Notes under the pieces: generated by a model
Seen by the model: only the letters and a program-made list of their open reading frames with translations
Database searches by the model: none
What the model was told of the DNA's origin: nothing
Part shown: positions 38,086 through 50,642 of the stretch, one piece after another
Layout of the letters: each line of letters begins with the position of its first letter
Position numbering within the stretch: position 1 is the stretch's first letter
NCBI GenBank assembly: GCA_004764695.1
Contig: SMSO01000031.1
Location: forward strand, 9,592,761 to 9,656,760
Reading direction: 5' to 3'
Length of the DNA: 64,000 bases
Source of the DNA: Schizochytrium sp. TIO01
Taxonomy: Eukaryota; Protista; Bigyra: Labyrinthulomycetes
Program-made: the position numbers and the translations under genes

Positions 38086-38705
38086 AGTGAGTAATATCGC
38101 AGGACCGACTGCACGTGCTCGCGCCTTTGCTCGCCTGGCCCTTGTGAAAGTGAAACTTGCTTGAGTTTCTGTGGAGTTTTCACATTTGCTCGCCCTCCAA
38201 AAAGCTGTCTGTACCTAGCTGGATACTGAAGATATGATGATTGATATCTTGACTTTGACTAAGCCATTAACAAACTCACAAGCCTCTATCTCTCCAGAAC
38301 GACGCTAATTCCGTTGTGTCACGATGGTTTTGCTCTGAGTTCCGCCTTGTTGATTCAGTTCCTGAGCACGCTGCGAAAGCTTTCGCTGCCTCTGAAATCT
38401 GTGATTCGTTGAGCAAATACGTCCCTCAATCCTTTCATTCGCCGCAGCAATAGCCCACTGTATCCCTTCCTTCTACAGTAGACTATCGCGCCGTAAAGTG
38501 AACTTTAGGCTCCATACTATGGCCTATTTTCTATAAGCCTGATTGTATACTCCACAGTAGACCCCGAAAGGAGGAGAACACGAGGAACGAAAAGAACGCG
38601 CAAGAGCATGCAAACAAAAGATAGACAGCAAACCAGGAACAAGGCTCGTGCCGACGCAGGGAGCAGCAGCAGTCGAGCTGCAGCCATCTAACGCTGCCAA
38701 CGAGC

Positions 38706-41700
38706 ATGGAGGAGCGTCCGGAGCCAGCGCCGGGCGCCTCCGGCAAGAGCTTGCTGGCCAGACCGGCCTCGACAGCGGCGTCTGGTTCTGCATCATCATC
38801 GGTCTCTTACGTGTCGTCGTCGTCGTCTGACACCTTGCACAAGGCAGGCTCCGTCAGCACTGCCAGAACGGGCCTTTACCCAGCAGAGTCCGCGGCAGCA
38901 GCCAGTGCACTGCGAAACCCAGCAACGGCAGGCATTAGCGCTGCTCAAGATGCTTCGCGGGGCAACTCTGCAGTAGGGGGTCTCGCATCTCCGGGCTGTG
39001 GTGATGGGGCCTTTTGGGTGCGTGCTTCAAGACACGCTGCTGAGCGCGGGCTCTGGCTGGGCGTCTGTGTGGGCACTTTGAATGGAATTCCAGGTGACGG
39101 TACTAGCGCTAGTGGAGGCCTTGACGGTGACGGTGCCGCTACCGCTAGCACCAGGTCCGCACAGATCCGTGCCATCGGCTTTGAGCGTGGCGCGATTCAC
39201 GTTTACTACGAGGATGTCTTGAGATACATTTTCCTTGGTCACGACGGCCTCACCGTGAGAGGCTTGTGGGTCGTACTGCTGGACGGCGATCTCGTTCTGG
39301 TAAGCGTGGATGCGAGTGGTACAGTTTGTTGGTGGGAGTTAGAGCGCGGGCAATGTTTATTCAAAAGGAGATATGGTCGACATGCGGGGGTGCTTAGAGC
39401 ATGCGTCTTCGTGGCAGATAGGCAGTATCTATGCCTGGTCATGAGCCGCACATCGAGCACAATTGCAGTAATTAGCGTAGAGTCGAGAAGCTTGCTGTTT
39501 GAAATTGGAGGCATGTGCTTTAGTAATATTGAAGCTACCGACCCGTCACCATCGAGACCATGTAGACTCATCTGCGAGACAGAATGGGGCGATAAAAGGG
39601 CATTTGACTTTGATGCGATGAATTTTAGCGCGCTTGACACGGACGTAGACAACCCTGCAGTATACATGAAATCGCACAACTTGTTGGATGCGGAGGAGGT
39701 TGACGACCTTCGCCGGAATAATCGTAATACTTGGGGTGTTGGCCTGCCAAAAGGCACAGAAGACCTCCAGGTTATGCAGCTTGGTTCCTCGGACATCTTT
39801 CTCTGCTTGGAGCAGGGTCCCTTTCCTGAGGATAATCGCCCCTCGAGCCGCCACAGTCGCAGGGCTAGCTGCAATGAAAGCAACAAGAACAAGCAAAACA
39901 ATAATGAACAAGAAGTAAGCATTGATACTGCTAATTTTCGAAAGGGGCATAACTCTACTATTGCAAGTGATAAAAAAGGTTCAGACAACGATGACAAGGA
40001 AGAAAGGGAACACAGCAAGAGCACGAATCAGAATCGCCCACTTAAAGACTTAGATGACGACACTGCATCCTTAGCCTCATCATTGTCTTCTTGTTCTGGA
40101 AGCCTTGTAGCCAAGACACCCACGAGAAGAGTGCTCAAGGCCTATCGCGCGCATGAATTGCCATACGGGATCTCAACTCCACCCACGCCATTAACTACAG
40201 AGTCCGAGGACGACGAAGAGCGTCACGCAGAAATCGAACCAGAGAGCAACAGTGTGTCTAGTAACGCTGGCGAAGTTCTTAGCTCGCAAAACACTGAGCT
40301 TGTTTCTTCCCCTCTACCGTCATCAACACCATTGGGAGAAAAAGATGAACCATTGACGATGATGAAGAAGGTAAAAAAGAAAGGTAGTCAAGCAGGCAAA
40401 AAACGGTCAGTACAAAGCTCGTCACGTGTTTCGGGAAGATCGTCCATCCGCAAACAGGAAGCCATTAGGCGAAGGAATCGTCGCCAAGTGATCACTTGCA
40501 AGCCAGCACCTCAAGCCTCATGGAGTATGAGTAGCTCTCCTCACTTAGTTTCCGTCCCACACATCTCTGGTAGTGGAAGCTCCACGCCTGAGTCTAACGC
40601 CGCGATGGAAGATTTAGTAAGTCCTAGCCTACCAAAGGACAGCAGGGGGCGCACACAAACTTCGTGTATGTACCATGTACTCGTAGCGGCCAGCAATACA
40701 TCGATTATTAGCTTATTCGAGCTTGACCTACGCACGCTTGACACCACTTTTATGTTTGATTTTAAAATCAATCTCCATAGTGTTGATGCGATGTCTGTGT
40801 CGCCTTTTGGAGATGGAAAACTTTGCATTGTTGACGAATTCTTTGACAAGGCTCTTGTGGTGCTCAACGATTCGTATGAACAAGTATATCGAGTATATCT
40901 TGGCCCTGCCCACATAGATGCAGCAGCGCTGCGCTGGGCTTCACCCTTTCAGATCGAGCTTGGGTACGACTGGAGCTTTGATCTCATTTCTGAAAGGGTT
41001 CTCAAATCTAGTACCCTGTACACGTCCCCCTATGTCTATGATGTTTATCCACCGACGCCACCCAGTGTTAATGAGGAGCGTAACATTCCTGCGCATCTTC
41101 ATCAAGATGCCGTTGCACGACGGCGCCAACGCGCAGAGTCTGTGTCATCTACAGGAACCGCATCTTCAATGGCGCCCATTCCAGGCCTTTCATCATCTTG
41201 CCAGCTTGGCTTGGCTCGAGCGAGTGACACACACATGGAGTGTGGCACAGGAATTTCGTTCCTGGAGCCTACTCCGGGGCTCAAAATTTGGACTCTTCAC
41301 ATGCATGAAATTACATCATGTACTCCGTCTTTGCTTTCCTTGATGAGTTTTTTCATGGTCTGGGGTCTTGACACAGATCTCGATAAGCAAGTAGAAAGGC
41401 TCTTGCATGTGAAGCCACCTTCCCATGACAGATACCGGTATCTTGTACATGCTCTCCCCAGTGCAGATATGTATACTGTTCTGGCAGATAACTCCCAGCG
41501 GTGGTCCTGCTCAGATAAGTTTACTGCGTCTCAAATTCTTGGTATTGTTTCTCTGTTTATTAGTTTGTTGTCCTCTGATTCTCTCGGCGAGCGTCAGCAG
41601 GCCCTCATGTCGAGTCTTGTGTCTCATTATGGTGTGGTCTTTCCTGACAAGCTTATCAAGGCGCGGAAGTATGTCTTTCCTTGTCTAGATATGATGAGTC

Positions 41701-42878
41701 GCTTCATTCTGAGTCAGCACGCGAGCGAAGATGTTCATGTCGCTGCGCGACTCCTTCTGCAGGTCTCAGTGGAGCGCATGCCGGCTTCAATGCGGGTCTC
41801 CCGCACGGCACAGTGGGCTGCGCGCTTACATATGTCAAATGGAGGAGATCGCCATGCCGTGGTTGTACTCGGTATGATGGGCGTCACACATCCCGAGGAT
41901 CTTGCGCCTGCTACAGCTCGCCTAGTCGCCATTGCACTTCGTCGGTTTGTAGGAGAACGAAACAATGAAGATACCATAATTGCTGCAGAGCTCTTGGCTC
42001 GTGGGTTTTATGTGTGGTGCCCATACATAACTGACCTTTCTGGTCTCATTAGTGATCTCATCATGACACAAGACCTTGCCGGGCCTTTAGGGTCGTCGCA
42101 GCAAACAGGAGGAAGTACCAGTCTTGGCGACGGTCACGCTGGATCGGTGGTGCCAGCTCCAGGTGTCCATGCCTCAACAGCGACTGGTTGTCAGCGTGCG
42201 CTTTTTGAGATCGCCGGTGCGCAACCTCTGCTCTTTATTGAGACTGTTGGACGTGATGCTTTACGTCCCGGAAGGCATCGTCCTGCATTAACTGCGTTAA
42301 GCAAATTTATCAAGCGGAATCCTGTGGCTCTGCTGCGCCATTTGCCAGCTGTAGTAGAGTTAGTCATAAAGACCCTGGATCCTTCAGAAAGCGAGATTCG
42401 GAAGGCCTGTCTAAAGTTTAGCACTGTGGTTCTACACCAACTTGTTAAGCGTTACCCGATGGTGTCATTCCATCAGCAGTCGCAAAGGTTTGCAGTGGGC
42501 ACTGTTGACTCAATCATTCTAATCTACGACCTTCGCACTGCCACCAAATGGCGCATCTTTGAAGGCCACATTGGTGCAGTGGCTGCAGTGCAGTTGGAGC
42601 CTCAAAATGGTGATAGTATGATTTCTTATGCAGCACAAGAATGCGCTATCCGTGTATGGAATACAGGAAGTAGTGTGGGATTCTTTTCAGGACTCTTGGG
42701 TATTCAGGGTTCTTGCCAGAAGGTATACAAACTTCCGCGCCTTTTAGGACCAAACAATATGCCTGCAGGCCCCTTCTCAGCGTCCGACATCATTCTTAAT
42801 TGTTCACTTGATTGGAATAGACTTGTCCGTGAGGACGGAAAAACCCGAGTTGATCTAACTGCTTTGCAGCAGCGCTAG
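38706..42878 (+). CDS. WDR7: WD40-repeat protein, WDR7/rabconnectin-3beta (WDR72) family, 1390 aa, intronless
   Basis: N-terminal WD repeat (FLGHDGLTV...SVDASGTVCWW), LSLMSFFMVWGLDTDLDK, and C-terminal LRHLPAVVELVIKTLDP...LVKRYPMVSFHQQSQRFAVG...IYDLRTATKWRIFEGH, typical of WDR7-family proteins. Confidence 0.85.
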   Translation: MEERPEPAPGASGKSLLARPASTAASGSASSSVSYVSSSSSDTLHKAGSVSTARTGLYPAESAAAASALRNPATAGISAAQDASRGNSAVGGLASPGCGDGAFWVRASRHAAERGLWLGVCVGTLNGIPGDGTSASGGLDGDGAATASTRSAQIRAIGFERGAIHVYYEDVLRYIFLGHDGLTVRGLWVVLLDGDLVLVSVDASGTVCWWELERGQCLFKRRYGRHAGVLRACVFVADRQYLCLVMSRTSSTIAVISVESRSLLFEIGGMCFSNIEATDPSPSRPCRLICETEWGDKRAFDFDAMNFSALDTDVDNPAVYMKSHNLLDAEEVDDLRRNNRNTWGVGLPKGTEDLQVMQLGSSDIFLCLEQGPFPEDNRPSSRHSRRASCNESNKNKQNNNEQEVSIDTANFRKGHNSTIASDKKGSDNDDKEEREHSKSTNQNRPLKDLDDDTASLASSLSSCSGSLVAKTPTRRVLKAYRAHELPYGISTPPTPLTTESEDDEERHAEIEPESNSVSSNAGEVLSSQNTELVSSPLPSSTPLGEKDEPLTMMKKVKKKGSQAGKKRSVQSSSRVSGRSSIRKQEAIRRRNRRQVITCKPAPQASWSMSSSPHLVSVPHISGSGSSTPESNAAMEDLVSPSLPKDSRGRTQTSCMYHVLVAASNTSIISLFELDLRTLDTTFMFDFKINLHSVDAMSVSPFGDGKLCIVDEFFDKALVVLNDSYEQVYRVYLGPAHIDAAALRWASPFQIELGYDWSFDLISERVLKSSTLYTSPYVYDVYPPTPPSVNEERNIPAHLHQDAVARRRQRAESVSSTGTASSMAPIPGLSSSCQLGLARASDTHMECGTGISFLEPTPGLKIWTLHMHEITSCTPSLLSLMSFFMVWGLDTDLDKQVERLLHVKPPSHDRYRYLVHALPSADMYTVLADNSQRWSCSDKFTASQILGIVSLFISLLSSDSLGERQQALMSSLVSHYGVVFPDKLIKARKYVFPCLDMMSRFILSQHASEDVHVAARLLLQVSVERMPASMRVSRTAQWAARLHMSNGGDRHAVVVLGMMGVTHPEDLAPATARLVAIALRRFVGERNNEDTIIAAELLARGFYVWCPYITDLSGLISDLIMTQDLAGPLGSSQQTGGSTSLGDGHAGSVVPAPGVHASTATGCQRALFEIAGAQPLLFIETVGRDALRPGRHRPALTALSKFIKRNPVALLRHLPAVVELVIKTLDPSESEIRKACLKFSTVVLHQLVKRYPMVSFHQQSQRFAVGTVDSIILIYDLRTATKWRIFEGHIGAVAAVQLEPQNGDSMISYAAQECAIRVWNTGSSVGFFSGLLGIQGSCQKVYKLPRLLGPNNMPAGPFSASDIILNCSLDWNRLVREDGKTRVDLTALQQR

Positions 42879-43346
42879 CTTTTATCTATGTGGCATTACT
42901 CGAAACTTTTCTATGTAGCTATAGTCTGCATCATCTTAGCCTCGTTTTGATGGGTAAATATAACATGCGTTTCTTCGCCTGTAAATTTGTAGTAAAAAGA
43001 TGTTATTAGTGATGAAGGTGGAAATATACTCGGCGGAAGTTTCATGTATACTTTTTTCTTAAATATACAGACAATGAGTCTTATGAATTTTTTTTTTTGA
43101 TTTTTTTTTCTTAGGATGGGGATTGAAGAAACCTTTGTTATTTTCAAGGGCGGGAAATCGTGATGAATGTGCCTGCTTCAGAGTATCAGAGGAACGTATT
43201 TACAAATGCATAGTGACTACAGCGTTGTATAGATCTGCGGTGTTCTTCAGCAGTCTTGCTTAGCCACTCTTGGGTTTGCCCATATTTCCCTCACGAGAGA
43301 AACTGCTTTGGTCACACCTACTTTGACCATGTTTTTACTGACGCTC

Positions 43347-43347
<1 letters not shown>

Positions 43348-43377
<30 letters not shown>

Positions 43378-43406
43378 CTTCTTCTTCTTCTTCTTCTTCT
43401 TCTTCT
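43348..43406. repeat. (CTT)n microsatellite
   Basis: About 19-20 units read directly. Confidence 0.95.
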
Positions 43407-44099
43407 ACCTGATCTTTTGTCAGGTTCTGCGATTCTGCACCTACAGAAATGGAAGAAGTCGAGGTGGACAAGGCTAAATCAGAGTACTTGTCTATATTTT
43501 ACTCCTGTTTAGGATACATGTATATATTCTATAAAGAAATAAATTTTGATTAAGTATGCTTCCTCTTGACTGCTGGTGTGATTATTTATATCAGAGAATC
43601 TATAGCATACTCTGCTACTGACTGATATATTTCAATTCTCGATTTGAGAAAGTTTCCCTGTTTACAGTTAGAAGATACTGTTATCCGAATCTACTTCTAA
43701 ATTTGGTTTTAATGTACATATGCAATGAATTGTACAGTTCCAAAGGTATAGTGGACCTTAGTCTTTCAGTCAATTTCGACCAGACGCATTCTTCAGCAGT
43801 GAACATGATCCAAAGACTTAGCAAATTTGTTTTATCTTACTTCATACGGCTGTTGTAATATGAAAATGGATGTTGTATCAGGTGTGCCAAATGCTGCAAC
43901 GTAGAACTTTATCAGTCTGAGGTAGCAAGCCTATGATGCAACTACATCAGTCACATATCACCACGTCAGCATGGGGGCAGCAAACCTACACCAGATGGCA
44001 GACAGAGCTGACTAGCAAGTCTCCATGACGATCATCATCATCATCATGGCTTTCACAAGGTCCCATTAAACGTAAACGCAGACTTCATTTAAACCATAT

Positions 44100-44840
44100 T
44101 TAGAGGAACCTCTTTTTCAAAAAGAAGAGTCCTGTGGCGCAGAGTCCATACCATGTTGCTGCATACCCTGCGTGTGTCATCGGGTGTACCTGGAAGATCA
44201 TCATATCCTCAGGGGATTTCGGTCGTGGCAGGATTTTAGCATCTTCAGGAGAGGCCTGAACACGTTCCACAAGTGGAGCATCCTCAGGAAGGTCTCTTTG
44301 CTTCCGCATCGCATCGAGGTCTACGCGAAAGTACTCTATTGAGTCCTCCTTCAGCTTGTCCGGAGTAAAGGTTCCGCCTTGTTCACCAGAAGCCAAGACA
44401 CCCTCGAATTCAACGTTTTCAGCAGCACCCGAGCCAGAAGATTGAGGGGGTTTCTTTGCAAGCTCCTGCTGGTCCCGGGGTACCCATCCGCGATTAACGA
44501 GCACGCGTTTGCCAGAGCTTTCGTCTTTGAAAGGAGTAAAGGCATACCATCCACTTGGCTGCATGGCGCCTGCACCTTGCATACCGTGCGCTGGTGCAGA
44601 CCTGGGTCCTACAAACATGGTCTGGTCATAGTCGAAGGTTCCATTGCATCGCACACGCTCAAAGTGCTCAGTGGCTTGCGCCAGAGGCACGGCCTCGCGC
44701 ACAAGCATGCGGCGCCGCTCTTCGACAAGATCCACTTTCCAGAAGTAGCGTGACACTTGCCAGCTACCGAGACCAAAGGTCGTTGCAGCCATACTTCCGA
44801 AGAAGCCCACACCGAGCCAGTCCACGCGACGTCCCGCCAT
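44100..44840 (-). CDS. SURF1: SURF1/Shy1 cytochrome c oxidase assembly factor, ~246 aa
   Basis: TFGLGSWQVSRYFWK, FERVRCNGTF, FVGPRS, VLVNRGWVP, HAGYAATWYGL. First ATG at 44840; the ORF-track start is a GTG. Confidence 0.93.
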   Translation of the reverse strand: MAGRRVDWLGVGFFGSMAATTFGLGSWQVSRYFWKVDLVEERRRMLVREAVPLAQATEHFERVRCNGTFDYDQTMFVGPRSAPAHGMQGAGAMQPSGWYAFTPFKDESSGKRVLVNRGWVPRDQQELAKKPPQSSGSGAAENVEFEGVLASGEQGGTFTPDKLKEDSIEYFRVDLDAMRKQRDLPEDAPLVERVQASPEDAKILPRPKSPEDMMIFQVHPMTHAGYAATWYGLCATGLFFLKKRFL

Positions 44841-45899
44841 CTTTGCAACACTCGAGCTTGGTCTCCCACGCACGCTCCAGCGATCAACTAATTCTGGTTT
44901 TGATTTACGATTTAAGCTTTTGTGAATTTATGATTTGATTATTCTTCTACAATCGTATAAAAGATAAATCGATTTCAGGACAGAAGTTTGTGGATGCAAA
45001 TCCTGGAGCTGCCATTATCAAAATTCTCTTCTTGCGTGTCAAAGCTATGACAGCCGTGGCCTGTCGAAGTCTATTGTATTGCGATTCGTTTCTGTGAATA
45101 AATGTTTTCACGGCATTCTTTGTTGTTAGGGTATGCAGGCACTTCTACCTAGCTCTACTGGCATCATTTGAATTAAGAATAATGATAAAAAAATAGAGAA
45201 ATCAAAGATCAAATCATTTGACTTGAAAAAGGCTACTACGATTTCGCTTTTAAATGGCTATACTTAAGGGAGGGCACACGGATCTAATGTTTCTACTTTG
45301 CTTCGTTCTGCAAACGCCTGTTTGACCGGAAGGAAGCAATATGTTCTAATTTCTGAACAAAAACAATAAAGTAGTAAGCTGCAATTGTGCCGCAGCTCTT
45401 ATTCCGATGATAAAATTTCTTCTCTTTCCATAGCTGTTCTCAAAAGAGAGCTCAGAAGACGCCGATGACTACTACTTAAAGTAGCAGCAAGTTCAAGTTG
45501 ATTCTTCTGTGATCCATATTTGGGATTGCGTTGCAGTGTCCTCCAAACTCGCGGTGTAAATACCCAATAAAGTAGATATGATGCTTTAGGAAAGGGCTCA
45601 AGGTAAAGAACGATTGCAAAGGGTCGAGCTTTGCTCATCTGGTTAAAAGCAACAGAAAATAGTAGGTTCTTTTTATAGAAAAGGAACAACAGCTATGGAA
45701 AGAGAAGCCAAAACTTCCTTGGGTTGGCGACGATAGATACAGGCCGTGTTCTAGCGCGGAACACAGTGGCGGTCAAATCAAAATTACGCTGTGGAAACTC
45801 ACTTGTTCAAATAGTCCCGCACTCATTTGTGAAAATCATAATCTCGAATATCTCCTCCTCTACTACCCGATAATCTTTGTTTTAAAACATGAGCTCTGC

Positions 45900-48604
45900 T
45901 TAAAAACCAAGAATCTCGCGGGTTCCGCAGACGAGTTCCTTGCATTGCTTTGTCACAGAGAAGCGTTCCTTCGCCAGGTTGACACAGTTCTCACTCTTTG
46001 ATGACTTCCAGTCCTCATTGATGGCCTCCTGGATAGCTTCGGATACGCGCGAGCCAAGCTCCTTAATATCATCAGTCTCTTCCACGAGCTTGCCAACCTT
46101 GTCATCAACAAAGTCACGAGGACCGCCAGAGTTTGCGCCAATCACCGGTGTACCACAGGACATGCACTCCACAATGACAAGGCCAAAAGGTTCCTTCCAC
46201 GAAGGGAAAACTCCCACAGAGGCAATCGTGTAAAGCTTGGCGAGATCGGGCTGACCCTGGGGGCCAAGGAAGTACGTGTGCTCGAGCTTGAGTGTGTCAT
46301 AGGCGAGGGTCTGAAGTTCAACCTGAGCATCATGTGGACCAGTGCCAACAATAACAGTAGCCACCTTACCATCAAACTTAGACTCGTACTCGCTAGCAGC
46401 GTAAAGTAGTGCAGGGATACGCTTCCATTCGGCGAACTTGCCCACCAAGACAATAACGCGATCGTATTGGTCAGCCTTGATTGTCTCGCTTTCACGCGAG
46501 CTACCTTCAAAGTGCCAGCTAGGATAGTTTACAAGCGTGTTGGCGATGGTGCAGCCTTCTTGAGCGTGAAAAACCTTTTGGTTCACTCCATTGGGCGAAG
46601 TGATGATACGTTCGCTGGGGAAGTCGCCAAAGATGTCTACGAATGCCTCGATCTGCTGTTGGCTAATGGCATAGCAAATTTGGACACTGCAGTCATCGTC
46701 CGGGTTGAAGACGCCTGATTTCTCCATCATGGGAAGGAAGCGAAGCGGGTACTCCTCAGGAAGCTTTTGGTTGCGCTCATGCACATACATTTTAAGAGCA
46801 GTGCCATGCACGAAGCATGCAAGTGCGGCGGGCGGCTTGCCTGCCTCCTTGCGGCGCAAAAGGACCCTCCTCATAACGAGCGGGTTGGCAAACGTGTGGT
46901 GAGCAATGCAAAGGCTGAAGTTTGAGCCTTCGCGTTCCTCAGCTTTTTCCATCTGGTTGTATACAGCATCTTCAAGACGCTGCAAGTAGGACTCGAATTC
47001 CTCTTCGCTCATTGAGTGCCAGCGGTATGAGGAGACCGGGGAAACGGACTCACAAATAGGGATCGGGTGGCTAAGCTTGAAAACCTCCACCGTGGGGTCC
47101 GGGTGCGGGCTCTGGTGCTCACTCGGATACATGCTGTAGTTCACCACGCCGTCCATTTCTGAGAGCGCATTGTGGTGAGCTTCGTGAAGAATTCCACTGC
47201 CTGTTGTCATTCCCCGCCCAATTACGTCGCACACCATTTCAGATGCATCAGGCCGCAAAAGAAAAAACAAAACAAAACAAAAAAGCAATCAATTCAATCC
47301 CAGCACCGAGACCATCACAGTCATGAAACCGCAATCCCAGGAATTCATTTGTACGCGCGATTGAATCCACAACACACCGATCAATGGTTCATTTCATATT
47401 CCGTTACGTTCATATGCAGCAATAAGCGTTTTCCTCGTCAGTTCTCCTCGATCTCGTCACAAAATTATTGCCCATACTCCCTACTCCCTACTATGATCAC
47501 CATCATTGCTACCCATCAATACCCTCGGTCTCCATGCTGTGTGTTCCATTCGGACCCCGTCATATTCTCTCTCTATTATCCATATCACCATCACCCTCCT
47601 TCACACTCCGCTGCGTCAGACACCTTCTTCTTCTTCTTCTTCTTCTTCTTCTTCTTCTTCTTCTTCTTCTTCTCTGAGAAGAGCACATCAGGAAAGCGCG
47701 AACATGCTCCTTCGTTCAGCCGTTGCGTCGGCATCGCTGTCTCGTTCGCAGCGTTGTCGTCGTCTTCGTCGTCTTCGTCGGCGCTGTTCTCACAGGCTTC
47801 GCATCGTCATCTGGAGGTCGCCAATGCACCTAACAAACAAAGAGCATCGGCGCATGGATTTAGCCGTTCGCTCATTCGTGTCTCTGGGCTTCGCGAGGCG
47901 CAGAGCGGGCCAATGCCGGAGCTCCTGAGACTGCTCAGTAAATCTGACGTTTTCACCGGAGCCGCCTTGGGCTGTGTTCTCTGAGTCCTCTTCTGCCACG
48001 CTGTGCTCGATGGGCGTTGACGCACAACAAAATGATGGGGTAAGCGCTGAAGAAGACGCCAAGGAAGACGCTGAAGAAGACGCCAAGGAAGACGACGCCG
48101 AAGAAGACGCCAAATTTGGCATTGATTGATTGTTTCTCGAGGTGGTCTTTGCAGCGATCATTTTAGTCCACGGTAGGGTGGCACCGGAATCACCCTCGCT
48201 CCGCATTGGGCTCAAACGATGGACGTCGAGCAGGCGCTTCTCTTGGGCACGCAGCCGCAGCGCTGTGCTGGTTGGTGCACATGGGCGTGAAGGAGTGCTG
48301 ATCTCTCGCTGATGAATATGAATCATCGTGGATAACGTGATCTTTGTCGCTGTCTGCATAGATAGATAGAAACATACATACATACATAGTACGGATGGGC
48401 ACAATGAGGGGTTTTTCGATTCTACTTACCTGGGCTAAATTCACCTTCGCGCTGCCAGTTGTTGGTGCCGAGCTGGTAGACCATGAAGGGCTTGCCTTCG
48501 GGCGGGGTGAAGAAGTCGAAGGCCTTGACAGGCGCCGCCTTCTCTGCCGGCGCGGGGAACTCGTCGAGCGCCTCGGCAGCGGACTTGCTGGAGTTCTTGC
48601 CCAT
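45900..48604 (-). CDS. GT4 (GT-B fold) retaining glycosyltransferase, 2 exons, ~491 aa
   Basis: Exon 1 48604-48430 (MGKNSSKS...NNWQREGEFSP, donor CAG|GTAAGT), phase-1 intron 48429-47201 ending ACAG, exon 2 47200-45900 (G-SGILHEAHH...). Motifs VLVGKFAEWKRI, FLGPQGQ, FPSWKEPFGLVIVECMSCGTPVIGANSGGPRDFV. Confidence 0.9.
47624..47673. repeat. (CTT)n microsatellite inside the GT4 intron
   Basis: Read directly. Confidence 0.93.
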
Positions 48605-50399
48605 GGTTCTGATGGATCGACAAAGAAACGAAGGAACAAACGAGGCAAGCGAACCTCTGCTGTCGTTGGTCCTGGGGGGGGCTGTGAAGGTCGGCGGGAG
48701 CGCTCCGTTGCAGCTTTCGAGACGCAGTTTTGGCGATTTGGATTTGCCGCGACGTCCGGATTTGGCTGATCGATTCTTCAAGAAATTCCGCCTCCAACTC
48801 CAAAAAAGAACTCGACGATTCGTATTTGGAAAAAGATTGTATTCTAAATCCTTTTATAATTTTAAATCTATTTAAAATTTAAAACGTTTTGAAAAAGAGG
48901 GGGAAAAGGAAGAAAATCAGAATTGCAATGCAGAATCCATAAGAGTATCTATTCACTCCTCATAGAGGCAGTTCATGAATGAACCCTCTTTCCTTTCTCG
49001 AAAAGTTTTATTTCTTTTTTCTTCTTCACGAGAAATGCAGAGAAAAGGAAGCGCCCAATAGGACCACCTCAACGTAAACTCTAGCGCTACCGGAATAAAA
49101 CGATAATTAAAAGAAAAAGGGGAGACCGAAGGGAGTTCATTCCTCAAAGAACCGTCGGGCGGCTCCTTTCCAGAATTTCTAACTCTGTCCACTCCGAGAT
49201 CCATAATAGCAAAGGCCGCTTTTATGACCTACAGATCGACGATATCCAGGACCGCCTTTCCGAGGCACGAGATCGCGCAAGCTGGCAAAGAGCATCCTGA
49301 AGCAGCCAAACTAGAAAAGCAACGAACACACGAACCAAAAGCAAAAGACTTCGAGTTGAAAGTCCTTTTTATCCCTTCAATGAAAAAAAAAGGTAAAAAA
49401 GTAACAATCATTTTATTTTTATATTTTTTTTATTTATTTTTTTCAACTGAGGGGGAAAACAGTGCAAAAAAGGAAGAAGGTGGACAAAATGACGAGGCTG
49501 CCCCTAATTCCCTCCACACCCCCTATCGAAGCTCGTCCCTCCACATAAAACCCTCGCGTCGCGTGTCCAATGGGGGGTATTCCGGGACAGAACACCGTGG
49601 CCATTTTCTCTCTAGTTTGCTGCTGAGACTCAGAGCCTTCGAGGGCGAAGGCCTCTGGCTCCTCGAGAATCGCTCGGAAAGCTCCTGAGACGCCCAAGAT
49701 CTTCACCCATCGGCGCCACAATTGGCATTCTCCGTTACGCTCTCGTGGCATAAAAGGCGCCTTTCCTGCCACGGCGCAAGATCAATCGATCTGAGCGGCC
49801 GCCGCCATGCCATGAGTCAAGATGGCGGGCGCCCCGGTCCGCTATCATATTGCCACCGCATGTAGGCCCCTCCGCAGTGCTGTGTGCGGGGTATCCATAG
49901 AAGGCGCTCGTAGCGGACACGGCGTATTCGGCGATCCCAGGAGACTGGTAGTTGGGCTAGCGGGGACTAGTGAGTCCTAGGACCGTTTGTTTTGCGGTTC
50001 GTTGTATTAGTTAGTTAACTCATCTCTGTTTTTCAGTTATTACAGAAACAATTTTTCGAAGTCAATTAATTTAATTTGCTTTGATTAGGAAAAGAGGAAT
50101 TAGGATTTCTCATGAATGATCAATGATGTTATTGTCACGATTATTGCTTTTGGTCGTCATGTTATTGCGTGCATATCTCTCGATCGATCGATCGATCGAT
50201 CGATCGTCTGCGGATTTCTTGGTCTCTTCGCATCAGCTGATTGAAGGTGACGATCGCAGAGCGCGTCTTTGAGGCCGCAGACGCCGCGGTCTTGGGCGAT
50301 GGCTGCGCATTTGGAGCGAGCAGCCTCGGGCGCCCGCAAGACGCCAACGCTGGGGATCATGAGCAGTTCGTCTGCAGCCTTTCCATGAGCAAGTACAGC

Positions 50400-50642
50400 A
50401 ATGCGATACGATACAATGCAGTGCAGTGAAATGTAATACAATGTGATACAATGCAATGCAACGTAATGCCAATTCCACTGCCAATGCCAATGCCAATCCA
50501 ATATAATACAATGCGATGCAGTAAAATGTAATGCAATGCAATGCAATGTAATGCAATGTAATGCCAATGCCAATGCCAATGCCAATGCCAATGCCAATGC
50601 CAATGCCAATGTCAATGCCAATGCCAATGCCAATGCCAATGC
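50400..50642. repeat. Compound penta/hexanucleotide repeat (AATGC, AATAC, AATGCC)n
   Basis: Degenerate pentamers grading into ~13 AATGCC units. Confidence 0.92.

Noticed and set aside
43247-43477. Poly-Glu and poly-Phe ORFs
   Set aside because: Products of the (CTT)n microsatellite.
47201-47288. N-terminus MLFCFVLFFLL of the 462-aa ORF as a signal peptide
   Set aside because: It is the pyrimidine-rich 3' end of the intron with a non-ATG start; the real start is in exon 1 at 48604.
47172-48404. 270-aa (+) and 204-aa (-) ORFs
   Set aside because: They lie in the GT4 intron and are driven by low-complexity repeats.
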